Origin: Psilocybe cubensis
Taxonomy: Eukaryota
Length of the DNA: 64,000 nucleotides
Assembly (NCBI GenBank): GCA_017499595.2
Contig: CM038999.1
Location: 1,984,001 to 2,048,000 of the forward strand
Direction: 5' to 3'
In this document: positions 41,654 to 54,152 of the stretch, in pieces
Position numbering within the stretch: position 1 is the stretch's first letter
Layout of the letters: each line of letters starts with the position of its first letter
The notes under the pieces: generated by a model
Database searches by the model: none
Told to the model about the DNA's origin: nothing
Seen by the model: the letters and a program-made list of their open reading frames with translations, nothing else
Made by a program: the position numbers and the translations under genes

Positions 41654-42557
41654 TCAGTATCCCCCTGTTCATGAGTCAGTAAACATACGCCGTGCTGCCA
41701 TCTAACCACAAACCTTGTCCGTATCCCCCATTACCACCGCCGTATCCCTGGTTGTATCCTCCGCCGCCCCCATATCCACCGTTTCCACCTCCATATCCAC
41801 CGTTTCCACCGCCGTAGCCACTCGAGCCTCCGCCTCCATAGCCTCCACCGCCGTAGCCTCCTCCACCTGATAATATTTTCATTAGATCAACAGTCAGTAT
41901 GCTGAAAGCCTAGGTATCATTACCTCCGCCGTATCCTCCGCCTCCAGAGTAGCCTATAATGAACACACAGCAGGATTAAACAAATATTCACTTTCAATCA
42001 GCAAATCAGCAAACCTCCGCCGCCGCCACCACCTGAGCCGCGGGCGTTAGCAAGATTTACTTTGATGCGTCTGCCATCAAGCTCTTGCTCATTCAAGCCA
42101 CCAATGGCAGCATCAGCTTCTTGAGCAGAGGAATATGTCACGAAACCGAAACCACGGGAGCGACCAGTATCGCGATCGCGCATAACGATGGACTAAACGA
42201 GAATCGGTCAACAACCTCATTCTTACGCGGAGCAGTCACACAGCAAGCGCGCAAGACATTGACAGGTAAAAGAGGGAAAGAGGTAAGATTGCGTACATCT
42301 AGAACCTGACCAAAGTCGGAAAATGCCTATATTTGAGAAACACATGCGATAAGGGATCATGACACGGCAAAGCAGAGACATATGCATGTCAAGCAGCGAA
42401 ACTGACTTGACGGAGAGTATCATCCGTAGTGTTCCAACTCAAATTGCTACATGAGGTATCAAATAACTATTAGTCGAGCTCCTCCAAGGAGAGGAGAAGC
42501 TGGGTGGAACTCCGAGGCAAATGCGCAGACTGACCCAACATAAACTTTAGAAGACAT
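41654..42557 (-). CDS. Glycine-rich RNA-binding protein (single RRM; GRP/CIRBP-like), 7 exons
   Basis: [63 protein letters not shown] contains RNP2 and RNP1, followed by GGGYGGG repeats; last micro-exon GGY* ends at 41654. Confidence 0.95.
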
Positions 42558-43302
42558 CACTGCGATCTCTTACAATAGCGAAACCTGATATACGAGACCT
42601 GAAACGAAAACCGAGACCGAAAACTCGTAACGAAGGAATGTGGTGGTTGAAGAGTAAGAAGGAAAGGCCAGTTTTGATGAAATTTACATTTATATACCCC
42701 CGACTCATCAATTCGGACTCCGCTCAGTCACATTTACCTCATCCATTCACTGTAATGTATCTTCAAGTACTCCCATTCTTTCGCCAGAATGATACCAACT
42801 GGTATAAGATGCTATCCACCAAAATATACCTAGTGTCAAGAAATGATTGAGGCCTATCGATACTAATCATGAAATCAGACGTTGGTTGCTGGACCAATAT
42901 GTGCGCACGAACCATTCCAACTTGTGCGGTTCCTAATACAGAACCTTACAGAACTAAGGTCTGGCACATGTCCATCCCCAGCCGAACCAGCTTCGTCGGT
43001 TGAACGTGCTGTACAGAACCCTGTGACAGCTTGGCCATGGCTGTTACTTCCAGAGTTTCTCCTTTCTAAATCAATGCAGCAAATCTATTCAAATTTCAAT
43101 GTAATGGCTGAAATGGAGAATAGAGACATGAGAATGCAAGGGCAAATCGTAATCAAAATGTAGCATGTACTAGATATTGTCGTGAAAGTCAGGTATGGAA
43201 AAAGATGAAAAAAATGGAGAAAGTCGTAAATTATGCAGGATATGCATGTCGTAAAAAGGGATGCAGAAAATGGAGCAAAGATGATGTTGGACGAAGAGTT
43301 TA

Positions 43303-46300
43303 CTACATAGTGTTCTTCTTGCTCTTCTCCTTCTTCTCCTTCTTCTTCAGCTTGCCCTTATCGTCGCCCTTGACACTCGCAGCAGGACTATCATTTGAAG
43401 AGCCTGCTCCGCTGCCCTCCGGGCGACTGTCGTCAATGGACACTTTGGGAGACTGCTCGCGCTTAAGACCGGGTATACCGGAAGATGACGAACCTCGTCG
43501 AGTGGTGAGAGATATCCTCCTCGCTAATCTCTGGAAATTTTGTGAAGATATTCGCTTCCTCTTTGGTTCGCTTTCTGGGTCAGGTGTTCCAATCCGCGAA
43601 GGGGGAGAATTAACACTGGCACCAAATGTCACAGCAGGGAAGGATACCGTAGGAGGAGAAACGATGGGAGGAGGGGTTTCCTCCCTTCGAATATCAGAAT
43701 AAGAATCAGAACTTGGGAATGCAATGGGTGCAGATGCGACAGGGCTGGCTATTTCAGAGGTAACGGCTGGTAGTTTCGTTTGCGTGCCCTGTTGTTCGTC
43801 GATAACTACAGATTGAACATTGGAGTCCTCTTGTGAAGGTTGGGGATCGGACTCTGGTGTAGAATCGACAAGAGAGTCATGTTTAGTTTGAGGGAAATCC
43901 ACTTGACTAGAAACCTCTGGTTGATGTTCGTCATTCGATGTGGCGGGTACTGGGGATATATCCGTATCAATAGCTTCAGCCGCGGATGCCTCAACGGCAT
44001 GTTCAAATGCATGTGCCTCTGAAGGAATTGTGGCCCCAACATTATAACCCGAAGCTTCCTTTTTGACAGAAGTGTCAGAAAAGGAAACAGCAAGCTCGTC
44101 ATTTGATGATATTTGATCTGCCCACATCGATGCGAAAAGGCCATCAAGTTCTATAAGTTCCTTGAAATTTCCTTGCTCAGCAACTTGACCGTCCTTAAGG
44201 ACGAGAATCCTAAAGAAAAGTTAGTCAAAAGCTCCAATGGGAATAACTAAACCTTACACATCAGCGGATGCTATCGTCTATTCGTAGTCGGAATGAGATG
44301 TCAACGAAATTGTTTTGTACGAAAATGGCTTACTGATAATCTATGAGCGATAGACACAGAAGATCTCCCCTTCACCAGATTTTGCAGAGCCTTCTGAATA
44401 TCCTTTTCAGTGGAAGTATCCAAGGCGCTTCACAAATGACGTCAATTAAACGAACCAAAAAAAAAGTCTCATTTACCTTGTAGCTTCATCCAATAGAAGA
44501 ATGGGAGGATTCTTAAGCAAAGTTCGGGCGATGGCTACTCGTTGTTTTTCTCCACCGCTTAACCGAATGCCACGTTCACCAACTTTGGTATTGTAACCTT
44601 AAACGAAATGTTAGACAAGGTCGACAGCAGCCTACGATATTGCAACTACCTTCAGGGAAGGACATGATTCGCTCGTGCATTTGAGCGGACTTGGCTGCAG
44701 CTTCGATCTCTTCCATAGTAGCATTGAATTTACCATATCTGCATGCATTGAGCACAAACACCCATGATACAGAAGAAATATACACACCCAATGTTGTAAC
44801 GGATACTTGAATTAAACAGAACGGAGTCCTGAGGAACCACCCCTATTGCTTGCCGTAAACTCTTCTGTGTAACGTCTCTGCAAGTGATGAAATGAGCAGA
44901 AAGCTTCAGTGAGTTAGACTGAATTCACCTGATATCTTGACCATCAATCAGGATTCTACCTTGACCTTCCCCCAAGTCGTAAAAACGATACAGAAGGCGA
45001 AGAATGGTGGATTTTCCTGCGCCTGATTCTCCGACAAGAGCTAGAGAGCCACCTTTCGGAACTTTGAAAGATACTCCGTTGAGAGCAGAAGCCCGTCCAT
45101 CGTATGAAAAGTGCACATTTTCTAGAACAGAATCAAATGTTAGTGGCATGTTGTGTTTGTAACAAATCAGACCTACCGAATTCGATTTCTCCATTATACA
45201 CTACGAGATCTGCAGCATTTTCCTTATCGTTGACTTCCGTTGGCTCATTAAGCAGGGCCAAAAGTTTCTCCGTATCAACAAGAGATTGATTGACCGAGCG
45301 ATAGATGTAGCCCAGCTGGTTCAAGGGACCATATAACTGGAGGATAACTTAGTCTTTCCCCTTCTAAGCATTTAAATGGAACCACTCACTTGTGCAAGAT
45401 ATGTAATGAAGAATACAAATTTACTAGCTCCAGGACTATCTCCCGATGTTATCTCGTATGCAACCATGAACGAGCCGATTAGTAGGCCTGAGGTCTAGAA
45501 CAGAAATCGAGGTTGGTTATGATATCAAATCAAAGAAGAACCGCGCACGACACTTACTATAATGAAATTTTGAACAAGGTTTAAAAGATTGAGGGATACT
45601 GTTGCATAGGGGTCAATATTTATATATATATATATAATGAAATGGGAGCGCTTCTCACATATAACTTTATATTCCAAAGCTTGGTATTCTTGAATGGCTT
45701 CACTGTAGCGTCGTCCCTCGTGCTCTTCGCCACCGAAATACTTGACAGTCTCATAATTGAGTAAACAGTCCGTGTGAATACCGCGAGTAGCCTGAAGCAA
45801 AGCATGGTTAAGGACATTGTTGAAGGTCGATCTTACAACATAAACGCACAACATCACGTTCATTCATTTGACGCCTTAGACGGGTCCTCCATGTGGTGAG
45901 AATGACGCTGACGGAGACTGCATGATGTAGTAAGTGAGTATCAAAAACAGGATACGAGCTAAAGCGCACCCACCATATGCGAACATTACAACAAATATCA
46001 CGAGAGCCAACGTCCATTTAAAAAAGTAAACAAATGCGACCAAGGCCACAAAAATGTCGATGAACGTTGGTAATATGCTAAAGAGGACCAACTGAAGGTT
46101 TAAACATATTTGATTATTGCATGTGCGTTTGAAATTGAAAATCAACTTGCCTCCAGAGTTCGGTTAATAGCAGCACCGCGATCCAAGACACGCAGAATTT
46201 CTCCGGTTTTGCGGCGAGTGTGCCACGCATAAGAAAGATTTAATAAATGGTCGAAAGAAAGCTGCGACATTTCTTTGAAGAACGTTACTGATTAGTTGAA

Positions 46301-47672
46301 AAAAGAGTGCAACACCACAAACCTCGATCTGAGTACTGCATGACAGGTGCCCACAGACTCTGTTAAATATCATTAGATTTGCAGCAGTATGCCTGAAAGG
46401 AACAAACGTACATCTCGAATAGCTGACAACCCTCCACTTCCTTGAAGGAAACGCAGACCAACGTATCCCAGTAGATACAACCAAGGTGATTGGTTGGATC
46501 GGCCTTCGAGGATATCGATTAACTTCGACAATGTGATGGGCATGGCCAAATTAATGACACGACCCAGAAGTAGGATAATAATGCAAATGACCTAGCAATT
46601 TATGCATATCAAGACAGAAATAAGATAAAAACGGATTATGGAACATACAGCAACGAATTGAAGAGATAAATTCTTCTTCGGCCACAAATGAGGGGACAGG
46701 CGACGAATACGCGCCCAAAGTTCTGACCAGCTGGGTTCAAAAGATATCTCTGGTTTGGGTTCCGACTAAAGCTGGGTCAGTTGAGGAATACCGCGGTGAA
46801 GATAATTCAGACCTTTGTATCTGGACCGGTAGAGGGAGCAGGAGTGGCAGCACGAGTTGTCGGTACCGAGGCTTGCAGAGTAGAGCGATTGTTACGGAAT
46901 GTGCCATATTTACTATTCTCACCAGGTCCAGGAACAGCAGTCAATCCTGTTGAGGATTGTGGACCACTCTCCGGAGCCAATAAAAAGGTGGAGACAGTGG
47001 GTTCAACTGCTGGTGTCTCTATATCATCGTAATTTTGAACAGAACTATAAGTTATCCGAGGTGTCACGAGGCCCGCTAACAATGGAGCAAGAAGCAAGAC
47101 TCGAAGGGCAGGGAAAACGACGTGGACCAGAGTACGAATTGTAAAAACAGCTGAATTTTTTTTTCAGCACAATAATTAGATAGGGGTTATGCACACGCAC
47201 GAGTTTCGGGTTGGCGTAGATGCAGAGTGAGTAGGACGGTCAAACTGAGATCAAGAGCAAGCGACGCAGCCACTGCGACCTTTACTCTTTTCAAGGACCA
47301 AACATCTATACCATGGACGTCTTTCCATGTTCCAAGGGCGGCCAAACCAGAGAAGGCAATCACACCCGTGATAGTGTTGATTGGGATTCCAGAACGACTG
47401 GGCCAATGGTGGTCTAGCACTGCAAAAGTAACAAAGGCGATGCCATCCAAGAAGTAGGTGAAAGCGATAAGAGATAGCAAGGTCAATATCAGGGCACGAC
47501 GGGGAACAGCAGTAGCGACGACAACTGGCGTGATAGGAGAGGGGGAATTTGGAGGCTGGAGATGAGCAGAAAAAAGAGTAAAAGCAGAAAGGAAGACAAT
47601 GGAGGGGGAAAGAACGCGGGCCACGAAGGTCGGGACCAGAGGAGTGAGGAAATGTAAGAACATGATGATCAT
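43303..47672 (-). CDS. HMT1: Half-size ABC transporter, HMT1/ABCB6 heavy-metal-tolerance type, with a long disordered C-tail
   Basis: N-terminal extra TM domain, [32 protein letters not shown], Walker [10 protein letters not shown], signature [13 protein letters not shown] and LLDEAT. Confidence 0.9.
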
Positions 47673-48014
47673 AACTATCGTCGACGTTGACTCGGGATGG
47701 CTTCCTGAGCCCTAGACGTCTGACGACGGAGGATGAAAAGATCTACTTGAATGCCCCAACACGTTCCGAACTCAGACAGGAGTAACATGCACAACAAATT
47801 CATAAGACCATCATCACGTGCCTATTAATGTCTAGCGATATCATATAACGAATAACAGACGCGATAACACCCACTGCCCTGGTTTTCTTTTCAGGACTTT
47901 AGGACCCTCTTTGACAACGACAACGCCCTGTCCGCCCACTGCGCTGCGTACTGTATATATACTGTCAAGACCCCGTAGTCCAAAGTAGTAGATAGCATGT
48001 ACAAACCCGGTCGT

Positions 48015-48323
48015 TTAGTCCTTCAAGCCATCCAGCAATTCCGCGTACTGCTGTCTGATTTCCTCGACCTTGCTCCCTTCAACTTCAACTTTGCCCGAGT
48101 CGTGCAGTTTGATGGCCGCACGAGAAACACGGACGAAATCATGAGACGCAGCCACTGACTGTTGCACAGGCATTGCCGTATTGCTGATCCCATCCACCGT
48201 TTGGGATTGCTTCAAATTGAACATCTGCGGAATGTCTACACCCGATGATCGAAGCACGGCGAGATCTCTCAGAACATCAGCCAATGGAAGAGCTTTCGAC
48301 GTCGCTTTGGCTTTTGTTGACAT
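48015..48323 (-). CDS. Small intronless hypothetical helical protein (102 aa)
   Basis: Clean ATG-to-stop ORF, divergent from the NAD kinase gene; amphipathic helices LPLADVLRDLAVLRSS and KVEEIRQQYAELLDGL. Confidence 0.65.
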   Translation of the reverse strand: MSTKAKATSKALPLADVLRDLAVLRSSGVDIPQMFNLKQSQTVDGISNTAMPVQQSVAASHDFVRVSRAAIKLHDSGKVEVEGSKVEEIRQQYAELLDGLKD

Positions 48324-48587
48324 GATGGTTTATGTAGGAGAATCAGAAATTTTCTGGTCAAGAAAAAGAATCACCATGGATTCCTAGATTCTGTCATTAT
48401 TCTCATTGGCTGATTTGTAGTCAGCAATTTCCTGAAACAGTCACAAAGCCCCACCCAAGTTGCTCATTGGTGCGGGGATTGTGTTGCAACGGGCAACTGT
48501 TCTTACCCGGAATCTATCAGTTTATCAGAGATCTTATAACTATCCTCAAAGTCGTCTAGACGACTGCCAGCACTCTATACATCCAAG

Positions 48588-51582
48588 ATGGTACCTAGTG
48601 TGAGCTGGATGCTCTAAATAGGAGAACTTCATTGGAGCTGACCGTCATTCAAACAGGAGCATCCAGACGCACAACAACAGGCCACGATGTCCTCGACATC
48701 CCAGACCCTCCTAGGTCCTCACCACATACTCTCACCAGACGCAGAGACTTTCTCCACCCCACCGACCACTCCTGGGTTTGGCGCTTTCCAGAATAAATCA
48801 GTCATTGCTCCTTCACTATCCCGGAGAAGCAGTAGGCCGTCGTCTCTACACATTGATCGCAAGCAGTCAGACTGGAATCCTGACATAGAACTGTGGACAA
48901 CCTCCCCTGATGTAACCAAGAAAGCAAACGGAAATCCATTACCCCCTCCTGTTTCTCTCGACCCAACTGTCATTCCATCGTCTCCGAAAAATATCCATCC
49001 TCCCCACCAACACACACCCTCTATCAAGCCAGTAAACTCTCCCTGCTTCGTTCATTCGCAACTTGACAAAGGCGCACATTTAACTGATTGGCTTAAGAAC
49101 AAGCAAAATTTTGTGGACAGTAGCGATGTAGGGGTCGCTAGAAATCTGCAACACTTAGGCAGTCCGGGGCAATCTTCAACCTTCTCACCACAAGCATCCG
49201 CGTTCAGTTCTACTCATGATAGCGACGAAGACGAGTTCGTGGGCAGTCTGACAAAACGATTGGCAGAAACCGCCGTAGGTGTACGGGAAATGAGCAAACA
49301 ACTAGGTATATCATTCCTTTCTATTTCACCCCTTGCGAAGATCCTGACACGTTCTTTCCTTTCTTCCAGGTCGCGCCCGAGTTCAATCAAATATCCAAAA
49401 TGTTTTAATAGTCACAAAGGCCCGAGATAATCGACTTATCAAACTTACTCGAGAACTGGCCCTATATCTTATGCTTAAACATAGACGAGGCTCCCAACGC
49501 GGGCTGGTAGTGTATGTCATTGAATTGATTACCCAAACTCTTTCCTTACATCTTCAGGATAGATATGTGGACAACCAACTTCGAACATCAAGACGTTTCG
49601 ACGCTGAGGGTATCGAACGTGATCATCCAGAATTGTTTGTACCATTCCCTAGGCGTCGGACATCCAGCACCCATTCAGTATCCTCGCTTTCGTCCACATC
49701 AACCCACAAAGAAGACCATGATGAAGGCCAACTTCGCTACTGGACAAGCAGCATGTGCAATCATAGCCCTCATCTTTTTGATTTTGTTGTCACAGTGGAG
49801 TATCCTGTTATTATGCATCTTAATTCATACTGACTTATAAGCAGCTTGGAGGGGATGGAACTGTCCTATTCACCTCATGGCTTTTCCAACGAGTCGTCCC
49901 CCCTGTCCTTCCATTTGCCCTAGGATCTTTGGGCTTCCTCACTAATTTCGACTTCGCTGATCATCAGGCTGTCATGGATTCCGCTATTGATAATGGCATT
50001 AGAGTTAATCTGAGAATGCGCTTTACATGCACGGTGTACAGAGCAGTTGCCAATGAAGAAGGTAAAGGACGGAAGGCTGTTAAAAAGGGTGAGACGGGCG
50101 AGATAATGATGAAGAATATCGAAAAAGGGGGTTGGGAGGCACTTGAAGGCGGCTTTTCAATGGGCGATGGCAAAAGTAGTTCCAGAGACAAGGAAATCAT
50201 GTGCTTCACCACTCGACCTGCGGAAACTTTCGAAGTTTTGAACGACCTTGTTGTCGATCGAGGTCCAAGTCCATACGTGTCGCTTTTAGAATTGTTTGGT
50301 ACGATTCCAACTTTTCTATCTTCCGGCTTAGACGAATTCAATTGAATATCCTAGGTGACGAGCACCATATGACCACAGTTCAAGCAGATGGACTAACTGT
50401 CTCTACTCCTACGGGATCAACTGCTTACTCGGTGGGGAACATTATTGCCGGACATGTCAGATCTCTAACTTGTTACATAGTTATCAGCTGGAGGCTCTCT
50501 CGTTCATCCTGAAATCCCTGCCCTCCTAATAACGCCTATATGCCCACATACATTATCCTTTAGACCAATGCTTCTACCCGACAGTATGGAACTTAGAATC
50601 TGTGTCCCATTCAATTCCAGGAGCACTGCATGGGCTTCATTCGATGGTAGAGGACGCGTTGAGCTAAAACGTAAGAATTTCTTTTTGGATTCCTTTTTGC
50701 ACTGTTTGACGACAATAACTAACATTCAATTCAGAGGGTGATCACATCAAAGTCACAGCGTCAAAATATCCGTTCCCCACTGTTTGTGCCGACAAACAGT
50801 CAACAGATTGGTTTCATGCCATTTCGCGCACCTTGAAATGGAACGAACGTGAACGTCAAAAGTCATTTGTCGTCGTTGAGGAAGAGGGTCCTCCTAAACA
50901 ACACAAAAAACGAAGCAAGCGATCTGGCACGATATCCGAGACAAAGGTTCAGAATCCAACCTCTGCGGAGGCCGAGGATTCTCCAATTGATGATGAAGAG
51001 GACGAGGTGACTGACGAAGAGGAGGACAAATTCGACATAGACGATTCATCCCCAGAAGCAGAGTCCAATCAAGCCGTGGTGGCAAACGGTTTGAAGTCTG
51101 CTGAAAAAGCAACGGGCCAAGAGAAAGCGGCAGACCTTCGACCTCATTTGTCGGGATTAAAACGTAAATCCAAATCGCGTTCGCGCTCTCGACCCCCTCC
51201 TCCTCACTCAGGGGTAGCCTCCCCTAGTCGATTCGCGAACTCTGTGCCATATTCTTCCAGTATTCCGACACGTCATGTTGGATTCGATTTATCAAGTCCG
51301 CACTCGTCAACGCCATCGTCCCCTGAGTCCTCACAAAATACTCAGCAAGGTTCTCGTGATAATTTTCATGGATCACACCAGCTAAGCGGTAGGAGCAAAA
51401 TACCGAAGGATCGAGAACTAGACCTTGAAGCTGTCAAAACACCAACAGCAAGCTCCCTTGTGTATGGACGAGGACGTGGCCATTCTCGAACGCGTTCCAT
51501 TGATCATCCTGAACCTCGAGCATTTGCTGTTTGGGGTCATGATGAAAGTGACAGCAACGCCAGTGACAACGAAATATCATAA
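48588..51582 (+). CDS. NAD+/NADH kinase (Utr1/Yef1-like) with disordered N- and C-terminal extensions
   Basis: Motifs [50 protein letters not shown] and [12 protein letters not shown]. First exon is probably the ATG alone (intron 48591-48656); alternative start at 48687. Confidence 0.95.
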
Positions 51583-51728
51583 TAACACGCACAAACTACA
51601 CTTTAGGACATAGGAACCTGTAAATGATACCCTGGTAAATTGAAAGACTAGATTCGGCTTACTACACAATACGAAAAAAATGTATTTACGAGTCTATTTG
51701 TATTGCAATTGATCAACAATAAAAGAAT

Positions 51729-53126
51729 TCAGAAGTAAATAGTATTCTGGTCAACAAATCTTTCAAGTGAACGATAATCTGATCTGTCCTTTGCAACAGC
51801 CCATATCCACATATCAAGGTCGGGTAAAGTGAGCTTCGAAATCCAATCATGATGTGTGTTTTCCTTTCCAAGGGATCTCAAATCAAGGCTCTGAGCTGTT
51901 TCGACCATCAGTTCGCAGGCATCAATTGCTGAGGCACGAAGGATATACGACTGGTCGGTAGTGACAACAGGGCCTTGCTTGGGTGTTTCCTTTGTTATGG
52001 GTTTTTCTTCGTTAAGCGAAGTTGCTGGCCCCAGTAATATGGCTAATTTTTCTTCGGTTCCAGAGTCAGGAAATAGACTGGAACATGTTGGTGATGTTGA
52101 TAGATCGATTACACCCAAATGAACGAGGAGTGAAGGAAGTACGTTATCAGAAAATACCGGAATGTGCGATGTCGAAGGTACGGGAAACGGTGGAGGTGAT
52201 AGACAACCAAACCGAATAGAAATGGCGTGGATCAAAAACAGGGCTTTCTTGAAGCAATAGATGGCTTAGAAAAATTGATCAGATTATCGCACAAAGTTGG
52301 GGAACGCTAAAAACGTACGTTGACCATTGACTTCCGCCATATCTCGGAAACCAGGGAATGCGCGGACAAGCTATTGAATACGATTGGGTTGGATTGTGTA
52401 CAGTTTCGTATATATATAAACACAATACCTTCTCCAGAAGAGGTTCCACTATATCGCCGTTTATCGCTCTCTCTTTTTGTGATCGTTCCAATGCTTCGAC
52501 CACAAACGCCCCAAGGTGAGGATAACCTCCCTCCTCCAATATTTTCCCAGTTTCGTTAAGGACGGATTCGATCTGCTTTACCAACGCATAGAGAGGCCCG
52601 CCCACCTCACCAATTGTTAACCCTGGAATAGTTTCATGAGGGGTTTCGACATGGATATTGATATTCATTAGTTCAGCGATTTGTTCGGTTTTAATAGCCC
52701 TGAGTCCTTTTGCAGAAAGATAATTGCCTTCCGAGGACGAGATGTAGAGTGAAAATACGAAAGCCCTGATTGAATCCCATGCACCTCTGCCTGTTTGGAC
52801 GTGCAAAGGAACCCGATATCCAGATGCGAAATTGAGGAGAGAAAGGATGGCAAGCAGGTTCAATTCATCGACGTGAGAGGAAAACTGTAAGGGTAGTGCC
52901 AATCCATGCTGGGCGGATACACGCTTGAAAGAATCTACGAAAGCAGTGGAGAGAAGCAGGCGCTTGATATGTTCTGGGGTTATCTATTTGATACAAAAGT
53001 CAGTATAGTAGTAGAAAAATCAAAACAGCAGCAACACACCGAAACACCAGATGCAATTCTCAAGTCGCGCGAAGACTTCCGGATGTATCGAAGAAACTCT
53101 CCGGATGGTGGAAACGAGGGTGCCAT
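51729..53126 (-). CDS. Queuosine-salvage-like protein (DUF2419/QNG1 family), divergent
   Basis: LSLLNFASG, AFPGFRDM..IYCFKKALFL, IPVFSDNVLPSLLVHLGVI, YILRASAIDACE and LDMWIW correspond to the family blocks LNF, FPxFRD..FYKRAQ, FADYRxP..LG, EIR..I..C and IDxxLW. Confidence 0.75.
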
Positions 53127-53256
53127 AATAGATTTGACCTTCTTTTAACACCTTGAGACACTGACAGATTGCAAAAGTATTTGTAATCGGTAAAGTCCGA
53201 CGCGACCCTCTTCCTCTGGATAACTTGCCCTTTAAGAACAATCGTTCAGGTAGACT

Positions 53257-54089
53257 ATGTTATTCATCCGAACTCAACTAAATTTCACGCGTCAGACCTT
53301 CTGTCGTCAATGTTCAAAGCTGTCCATCCTCGGTGCGTGTTTGCAACTCATGCCTTTGATAATCCAGATGACTTACTGCACTGTTGGATTGTTCTCTCCA
53401 TAGACCCGCGTCCCAACCTTCGCAATGAAATAAAGATAGCCATGAAGGTACGTCAACACACTCCAGCTTCGGCAATTTATTAACATTTCCTTTGCGTATT
53501 AGAATCGCGACAGCAAAACATCTACGACGCTACGCGTATGTTCATGACTCAACACCCTGCACCGCCATTGACCTGGTACAATTTGCAGTCAGTGATGTCA
53601 GAAATTGACTCAGCAGAGAAAACTTCCAAGGCTGGATTGTCTTCCTCTGATGTGGTGGGTACATCTCATGTGCGAATGAGTTTTATGTTAATCCCATGTA
53701 CTTCTGTCGACTGCTAGATCGGCATCATACGAACAGCAATTCAGCGACGCGTGAGCATTTTCCACCAATTTGCGTCTAACGGAGAGTTGAATGTTCATAA
53801 ACACCAGAACGACGCTGCCAAAATGTTTACTGCAGCAAATAGGCCTGACCTAGCAGAAAAGGAACAAAATGAAGTTAAAATGATATCTAAATTTGTGCCG
53901 CCACTCATGTCGGTGTCCGAGATTGACAATCTCATTTCAGATATATTGGGTAACTTGAAGGACAATAACGAACCACACAAAGCATTGCCTACAATTTTCA
54001 AGGAGTTTTATTCAAAGGTCGACAAATCGTCTGTCGATCGTAACCTTGTAAAAGAAAGGGCTCAGGAACTTTCAAGCAAGCGTGTTTGA
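53257..54089 (+). CDS. AIM41: Mitochondrial GatB/YqeY-domain protein (Aim41-like)
   Basis: Presequence MLFIRTQLNFTRQTFCRQCSKLSIL, then DPRPNLRNEIKIAMK/NRDSKTSTTLR/SVMSEIDSAEK../IIRTAIQRR/NDAAKMFTAANRPDLAEKEQNE..FVPPLMS, the YqeY pattern. Confidence 0.85.
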
Positions 54090-54152
54090 TGACAAAATTT
54101 TGTATTTACAGACTACGGCAAAATATCCGTATAGCAAATAAAAATCGTGCAG

